The notes under the pieces were generated by a model. That model was not told the DNA's origin and did not search any database. It saw only the letters and a program-made list of their open reading frames with translations. A stretch of DNA of 10,006 nt from Candidatus Aegiribacteria sp. (GTDB lineage: Bacteria; Fermentibacterota; Fermentibacteria; Fermentibacterales; JCC-6), in the NCBI GenBank assembly GCA_046498225.1, contig JAWOBF010000140.1:1-10006 (forward strand). The letters are read 5' to 3'. Positions 7,007-10,006 of this stretch are shown one piece after another. Numbering within the stretch: the first letter of the stretch is position 1; every line of letters begins with the position of its first letter. The translations under genes were made by a program, and so were the position numbers.

Positions 7007-8242
7007 TCAGTACGCCGGTTCTGCTCCTCGGCTCCTTCCTGCTGCCGGAATGTGCTTCCCGCCGGGGAACCAGTGGCTGGTGCGAAGACAGATCTTCACC
7101 AGCATCAGCATCACCGGAACTTCGATGAGGACTCCCACCACAGTGGCCAGGGCTGCTCCCGAGGATAGTCCGAACAGCATGACCGCCGTGGCTATGGCCA
7201 CCTCGAAGTGATTCGACGCCCCTATCATGGCTGAAGGCGCGGCGTCGGCGTAGCTGAGTTTCAGCTTCTTCGCCAGCCAGTAGCCGAGCCAGAATATCAG
7301 GTTGGTCTGAATGAACAGCGGTACGGCAATCCAGAGGATTGTCAGAGGCCTTGCCAGGATGACCTCGCCCTTGAAGGAGAACAGCAGTACAAGGGTGATG
7401 AGCAGCGCGGTGATGGTCACCGGCGTCAGCAGATGGAGGAACCGGCTCTCGAACCAGTCCCTTCCCTTTGTCCTCACGATGGCCTTCCGGGAGAGGTAAC
7501 CCGCTGCCAGGGGCAGCGCCACGTATACCCCTATTGACAGCAGAAGAGCCTGCCAGGGGATGGGGAGTCTGCCCACTCCCAGCAGGAAACCGCCCAGCGG
7601 ACCGTAGAGGAACAGCATGGTCAGGGAGTTGATCGCCACCATTACCAGTGTATGGCCGTCGTTGCCCTTTGCCAGGAAGCCCCAGACCAGAACCATGGCG
7701 GTGCAGGGTGCTATGCCCAGGAGTATGCAGCCGGCCAGGTAAGACCTCCAGAGAGGTACCTGAAGCATTTTAACGCCGTTCTCCAGCACCACCGTCCCAA
7801 TACCGTGGACAGCCCCCACCGGCAGGTCCAGCCCGGTAGGCATCTTCACCAGGTCTACCGCTTCCGCTCCTATGAAACCCCGGAACAGCACTCCCAGGAA
7901 CAGCAGGGAGATGGCAAGCATGGTGAAGGGTTTCACCATCCAGTTGACGAAGAGGGTCAGCCCCACCGGCTTCACGTTGCGGCCAGCCTTCAGAACCTCC
8001 CCGAAATCTATCTTCACCATGATAGGGTACATCATGAAGAAGAGGCATACGGCAATGGGAATGGAGATCACGGGCGCTCCGCCGGACCTGATCGCGAAAC
8101 CGTCCAGTGTTGACGCCAGGTCCGGGGCGACCTTCCCCAGAAGAATGCCTGCCACGATGCAGAGGAATACCCAGAGTGTAAGCCAACGCTCGAAGAATCC
8201 AAGTCCCCCGGGCTCTTTATTGACACATGCCTTGGTCGACAT
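7007..8242 (-). CDS. acr3: ACR3-family arsenite efflux transporter
   Basis: Hallmark motifs [37 protein letters not shown] (conserved Cys), [11 protein letters not shown] and [12 protein letters not shown]; about 10 hydrophobic segments. Confidence 0.97.
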   Translation of the reverse strand: MSTKACVNKEPGGLGFFERWLTLWVFLCIVAGILLGKVAPDLASTLDGFAIRSGGAPVISIPIAVCLFFMMYPIMVKIDFGEVLKAGRNVKPVGLTLFVNWMVKPFTMLAISLLFLGVLFRGFIGAEAVDLVKMPTGLDLPVGAVHGIGTVVLENGVKMLQVPLWRSYLAGCILLGIAPCTAMVLVWGFLAKGNDGHTLVMVAINSLTMLFLYGPLGGFLLGVGRLPIPWQALLLSIGVYVALPLAAGYLSRKAIVRTKGRDWFESRFLHLLTPVTITALLITLVLLFSFKGEVILARPLTILWIAVPLFIQTNLIFWLGYWLAKKLKLSYADAAPSAMIGASNHFEVAIATAVMLFGLSSGAALATVVGVLIEVPVMLMLVKICLRTSHWFPGGKHIPAAGRSRGAEPAY

Positions 8243-8262
8243 GGAACAGTTCCCCTCTCAGG

Positions 8263-8502
8263 TCAGCGGCCCTGGATGAGACCTTTAATCTCTTCAACCG
8301 ATGGTACCCTTCCCGACACCGGAACTTCTCCGTCTATTGCCAGGGCCGGGGTCATCATCACTCCCATGGCGGATATCTCCGAGAGTTTCTCCACCTTCTC
8401 CAGCTGAACGTCTTCCAGGCCAAGCTCTTCAATTGCCTTCTCAACGGCCTTGTAGAGCTTTTTGCACTTTGGGCATCCCATGCCCAGAACCTGTATTTTC
8501 AT
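8263..8502 (-). CDS. Small redox-active disulfide protein (thioredoxin-like, MTH895/Thioredoxin_3 type)
   Basis: MKIQVLGMGCPKC...GVMMTPALAIDGE is the family signature. SD AAAGGAG precedes the ATG at 8502; the ORF-track start at 8538 is over-extended. Confidence 0.93.
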   Translation of the reverse strand: MKIQVLGMGCPKCKKLYKAVEKAIEELGLEDVQLEKVEKLSEISAMGVMMTPALAIDGEVPVSGRVPSVEEIKGLIQGR

Positions 8503-8530
8503 GATGCGCTCTCCTTTCTTCGGTTTACGT

Positions 8531-9250
8531 TCATGCAATATTCAAAGCCTTGAGGAAGAGGTAAACACCGCCGGCGACCACCAGCCCGCCGCTTACGGTC
8601 TTTATCACCGCGGCGGACCTGCTGCGGCCGGACCATCCGGCCAGCTTCTCTATCCTCTCTGTCTGGGAGCCTGCCAGTACGACCACTCCCCCGTGACCGA
8701 TGGCGAAAGCCAGTCCCAGCCCTGCCGCCAGCAGCAGCCTCTCCGATGATAGAGCGAGGATGAGCCCGAGGACAGGAGCCATGAAGGCGAAAGTGCAGGG
8801 ACCAAGGGCGGCTCCGAATATCACGCCCAGCATGAAACCGCCCCACCTGCTGCCTGCCCCCCTGCCGGCGTGTCTGCCGGTGTTCGACCCGGTGAGAGGC
8901 AGGGGAACCAGTCCAAGTATGGACAGTCCCGCGTATACCACGGCCAGGGCCAGAACAACGTACCCGGTAGTTCCGATGTCCCCTATCATCCTTCCCAGAA
9001 GCCCGGTCACGAGGCCGGTCAGCGCGATAGAGAGTATCATTCCCGACGCGAAGATCGTGGAAAGCGCGACCGGGTTCGTTCCGCCGGATTTCGACTGCTT
9101 CTCAACGTAGCCCACTATCAGAGGAATGCTGACCAGATGGCAGGGGCTCAGGATAATTGAGAGAATACCCCAGGCCAGGGCGGCGGTCAGGGCCAGCAGC
9201 GGAGCTGCGTAGAGAAGCTCTGTCAGCGCTACGAATATCTCACGAAGCAT
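8531..9250 (-). CDS. ccdA: CcdA/DsbD transmembrane disulfide-electron transporter
   Basis: About 6-7 TM segments with two redox Cys in 'LSPCHL' and 'LGPCTF'. It overlaps the upstream thioredoxin gene by 11 nt. Confidence 0.9.
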   Translation of the reverse strand: MLREIFVALTELLYAAPLLALTAALAWGILSIILSPCHLVSIPLIVGYVEKQSKSGGTNPVALSTIFASGMILSIALTGLVTGLLGRMIGDIGTTGYVVLALAVVYAGLSILGLVPLPLTGSNTGRHAGRGAGSRWGGFMLGVIFGAALGPCTFAFMAPVLGLILALSSERLLLAAGLGLAFAIGHGGVVVLAGSQTERIEKLAGWSGRSRSAAVIKTVSGGLVVAGGVYLFLKALNIA

Positions 9251-9680
9251 CTCTTCCCTCCGCCTCGGTGTTCAGGTCGTAGCCCAGGGCTATCCAGCGG
9301 GCGAGCATCTGCTCCGCGCTCATGTACCCCTCGTGACGGTAGAGTTCCGTGCCGTCCGGAGCCAGGAATATCTGAGTGGGAATCACTCTTACACCGTACT
9401 GCGCAGCAGCGGCCTGGTCCTGGTTTACGTCTACGAATATCACTTCGAGCTGATCGCCGGTCAGAGCATCGAGACGTTCAAGTTCTTCCTCCATCATCTG
9501 GCAGGGTACGCATGTGAGGGAGCCCAGGTCCATCAGTGTGGGAACACCCTCCTGCACTTCATGCACCTCTTCCCCACCGGAAGCCCCGGTCTCTTCCGTG
9601 TCCCCGCAGGACGGTACGGCGGCTATCAGTATTACGGTAATACCTAGTACTATGGAAGGAATTTTTTGCAAGCTCCTCAT
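9240..9680 (-). CDS. Thioredoxin-family lipoprotein (extracytoplasmic)
   Basis: SD AGGAGG; lipobox-like VPS|C; active site 'DLGSLTCVPC'; cis-Pro loop 'YGVRVIPTQIF'; 'RHEG'. Confidence 0.92.
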   Translation of the reverse strand: MRSLQKIPSIVLGITVILIAAVPSCGDTEETGASGGEEVHEVQEGVPTLMDLGSLTCVPCQMMEEELERLDALTGDQLEVIFVDVNQDQAAAAQYGVRVIPTQIFLAPDGTELYRHEGYMSAEQMLARWIALGYDLNTEAEGRDAS

Positions 9681-9715
9681 TAATGCGCCTCCTGTCTTTC
9701 TTATCTCAATCGGTA

Positions 9716-10006
9716 TCAGGCTATAGTGCCGTACAGCACTCCGGATATGGTTGCCATGATGACCACCAGGGTTACGTAGGTCAGTGTTTTCCCGGTGCCC
9801 AGGACACTTCTGATCACCAGCATGTTGGGAAGTGACAGCGCCGGGCCCGCCAGCAGAAGGGCAAGCGCTGGACCGTGTCCCATCCCGGCTCCCATCAGCC
9901 CCTGAAGTATCGGCACCTCGGTAAGTGTGGCGAAGTACATGAAAGCACCCGCTATGGACGCGAACAGGTTTGCCGGTATGGAGTTGCCTCCCACCGCGCC
10001 CTCAAC
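9716..10006 (-). CDS. 5'-partial permease, ArsP/DUF318 family
   Basis: The frame is open to the window edge (VEGAVGGNS...). Motifs 'GAFMYFATLTEVPILQGL' and 'GPALALLLAGPALSLPNML' are typical of ArsP_1/DUF318 permeases. Confidence 0.9.
   Translation of the reverse strand, partial: VEGAVGGNSIPANLFASIAGAFMYFATLTEVPILQGLMGAGMGHGPALALLLAGPALSLPNMLVIRSVLGTGKTLTYVTLVVIMATISGVLYGTIA

Noticed and set aside
8263..9718. Selenocysteine read-through in redox genes ending in TGA
   Set aside because: All redox motifs use Cys codons (CPKC, CVPC, PC...PC), and the TGAs fall at the expected C-termini.

Overview
Bacterial genomic window made of two blocks that look compositionally different. The left block (1-~2870, lower GC by eye) holds the 3' part of a large acidic FG-GAP-repeat protein whose frame is open from the window edge. 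It is followed by a secreted protein with a C-terminal FlgD-Ig/T9SS-like domain and a convergent orphan ParB/Spo0J-like HTH ORF. That HTH reading frame runs through an imperfect dyad with a tRNA-3'-end-like motif (GGTTCGA...GGCGCCA), a candidate attachment site and island boundary. The right block (higher GC) holds three lipoproteins (6-bladed propeller, PsbP-like, PD40/TolB-like) and a cNMP-GGDEF diguanylate cyclase. It ends with the 3' part of a minus-strand arsenic/thiol-redox operon: ArsP-like permease, thioredoxin lipoprotein, CcdA, small CxxC redox protein and Acr3. The protein families suggest an FCB-group anaerobe such as Candidatus Fermentibacteria (inference only). No rRNA, complete tRNA, CRISPR array, transposase or integrase was found.
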